Below, piece by piece: positions 62,034-64,000 of a stretch of DNA of 64,000 nt. The stretch's first letter is position 1, and every line of letters starts with the position of its first letter. The translations under genes were made by a program, and so were the position numbers. Source of the stretch: Chloroflexota bacterium (GTDB lineage: Bacteria; Chloroflexota; UBA11872; VXOZ01); assembly GCA_965221905.1 (NCBI GenBank), contig OZ244922.1:2560001-2624000 (forward strand). The letters are read 5' to 3'. The notes beneath the pieces were generated by a model. It did no database searches. It was not told where the DNA came from and worked only from the letters and a program-made list of their open reading frames with translations.

Positions 62034-64000
62034 ATGACGCCACGTGCCCATATACTCAGCAGACGAGAGCTAATCGCTAGCGGCGCCGCAATCGGATTGG
62101 CCGCCTGTGGCGGAACTCCCCGTGGCCGCGACCCGCTCGATTCTGTCCACCTGGGACTGGCGGTCGCACCAATTCCCCGCCCATGGAAGCCGCTCGTGGT
62201 GCGCGGCACGGCTGTTGAAGTTGCCGGGCACCGGTACCGTTTTGACGCCGGGCCGCTTCCGACCAGTTTGGAAGTTAACGGCGCCGAGCTGCTCTTCGAT
62301 GCGATGAAGTTGGACATCCGCATTCAGGACGAACTGCTCGTCTGGCAGCGGGTGCGTACAATCTCTACAGACGCTGCCGAGGTTGAGCTACTTGCGCGGG
62401 GCAACGCCGGTGATCTCATTGCCCAAGCGCGAGTCACCATCAGCTACGACGGCACGTGCCGCTTTCGAGTCAGCTTGATACCTCAGGGCGTCATTACCAT
62501 TGACTCCATCCTCCTGGACGTGCCAGTCCTCCGCACTGAGACAACCCACTACGCCCATCACGTCTTAGGAGCGGACACCGTCACCTACTCCTGGGAGGAA
62601 ATCGCCGGCGCCCCACAGGCCCAGTGGGGAGGAGGACGCGTCCCCGACATCGGCTGGTCCGGAGATATTACGCCGTTCTTTTGGGTGGGAAATCCGGACC
62701 GAGGCATCGTCTGGTTTACCGACTCAATCATTGGACCGCAGCGCGAGGGAGCGGTTGCACAAGTGCAGTTGCGACCGGTGGCGGGGGCAATGCGCCTCCT
62801 CGTAGAACTTGTCACCGGTCCGCTCGACATGCCCGATACGGTGCACCTTGACTTTGGCTTGCAGCCGACACCGGTGCGACCCACCGTGGCCCCGCGGAGC
62901 CCCGTTAGGCAGGTGCGCGTCGAGTGGTCGGCGGAGGGCAGTCGTCTGGCCGCTGAGCAATTAAATCGCACGCCGTCTGATACGCTGAAGACTCTTGAGT
63001 CACTGCGGGATCGGGGCGCGACGGCTCTCGTTTTGCAGCACGGCTGGTCGGATATATCGGGCTTTCCCATCTTGGAGAGCGCAGAGGACAAGCGCGCGTT
63101 TCGCGAATTAGTAGACCTCACCCACGATGCCGGACTAAAGATCATCCCTGCGATCTCCGTTCTTCAGCTCTCAAATAGGGTTCCCGGGGCGAAAGAAATC
63201 TTGGAAGACATGCCGCTCCCAATTGGACAGATATTTACAAACTTATCCCCTATGGAGCAGATATTCCCGCTGTTTCACACAGATGCCACGGTTTCGCTCT
63301 TCGAAGACGCTGTCCGTGCATTTGCCACGGAGTTTCCGATAGATGGTGTGCACGTAGCCATGGGAGAACCTGCGGTGAGGCTCCTAGACCGGAACGAGGG
63401 CGTGCCGGGCGCCGTAGCCGCACTGGACCTCCATGCGCGGCGCGACTTGCTGAGACGACTCTACGCGCTCTTTCACGGCGGTCTGCGCGAAAGAGATGAG
63501 GAGGGCCTCGTGATTGCGCACTCGCTCGTTCCCTGGAGCATGGTGCATGGTTTTGCGGACCAGATCGTGACGGGGCTCTTTCTCTTCCAGTCGATCGCCT
63601 CCCGTCGGCTCGGCGGCGAAGCGCTGGCTGAACGCTGGCAACCCGAGCTTGTCCCCTACCTCTACGGGGACGTTCTCCATCAGGTGCCGACCCTTTGGCA
63701 AGCGCCTCCAGCGGACACTCCGCTTCACAGCATCGTCGAATCATACACACGCGAGGAATTGGTGACCGACCAGGAGCTATTCGGCCTGGCAGCGGTGCAT
63801 AATACCTCGCTTTGGCCGGAAGAATTCACACCTACAGCTTCCTTCGAGAACCTTGCCCGGTTGGAGCAACTGCGCTTGAACCTTGGCTTTGGCGACGCCT
63901 CGTGGCATCCCTACTGGCAACGCCAGCAGAGCCTTATCGTGCAACCGCCCAGTACGTTTTTCGGTTACTGGCAGAAAGACTCCGGGTCGATGCTTCTGCT
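62034..64000 (+). CDS. Large TAT lipoprotein, DUF6067/glycoside-hydrolase-like (3' truncated by window)
   Basis: MTPRAHILSRRELIASGAAIGLAAC; PWKPL, LPTSL.VNG.ELL, FGLQPTP, WHPYW; absent from the ORF track because no stop in window. Confidence 0.7.
   Translation, partial: MTPRAHILSRRELIASGAAIGLAACGGTPRGRDPLDSVHLGLAVAPIPRPWKPLVVRGTAVEVAGHRYRFDAGPLPTSLEVNGAELLFDAMKLDIRIQDELLVWQRVRTISTDAAEVELLARGNAGDLIAQARVTISYDGTCRFRVSLIPQGVITIDSILLDVPVLRTETTHYAHHVLGADTVTYSWEEIAGAPQAQWGGGRVPDIGWSGDITPFFWVGNPDRGIVWFTDSIIGPQREGAVAQVQLRPVAGAMRLLVELVTGPLDMPDTVHLDFGLQPTPVRPTVAPRSPVRQVRVEWSAEGSRLAAEQLNRTPSDTLKTLESLRDRGATALVLQHGWSDISGFPILESAEDKRAFRELVDLTHDAGLKIIPAISVLQLSNRVPGAKEILEDMPLPIGQIFTNLSPMEQIFPLFHTDATVSLFEDAVRAFATEFPIDGVHVAMGEPAVRLLDRNEGVPGAVAALDLHARRDLLRRLYALFHGGLRERDEEGLVIAHSLVPWSMVHGFADQIVTGLFLFQSIASRRLGGEALAERWQPELVPYLYGDVLHQVPTLWQAPPADTPLHSIVESYTREELVTDQELFGLAAVHNTSLWPEEFTPTASFENLARLEQLRLNLGFGDASWHPYWQRQQSLIVQPPSTFFGYWQKDSGSMLL

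Overview
Bacterial chromosomal window. Chloroflexota is inferred from the TAT/lipobox sugar-binding lipoproteins, MurT-GatD, DarA, many enolase/Gfo-Idh-MocA/sulfatase genes and the REP type. Positions 1-43.5 kb are core and catabolic: gyrB 3' end, a GT4-GH57 pair, sulfatase, two paralogous solute-binding lipoproteins, M55 peptidase, AAC(3), Fur, murT-gatD, darA, an icd-like gene, a surface-polysaccharide cluster, duplicated enolase/PHP-hydrolase modules, rplU-rpmA and tRNA-Ala(CGC). After the tRNA lies a decaying accessory region: several pseudogenes, a PAS-LuxR regulator, a voltage-gated channel with an Asp-type (TFDGWTD) filter, an atypical NCS2 fusion, an HsdM remnant, BrnTA, a TIR-TM-TIR cassette with nonsense codons in both TIR genes, a PtuAB (Septu-like) pair and a long TAT lipoprotein running off the end. 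The most unusual non-coding signal is a 33-bp hairpin REP family with compensatory stem changes. Three of its four full copies abut satellite arrays: 15 perfect 26-mers, a 14-bp array, and a 130-bp higher-order repeat built from 21-22-bp monomers. No CRISPR array, integrase, RT or RAYT transposase was seen. Family calls come from motif recognition only; no searches were run.
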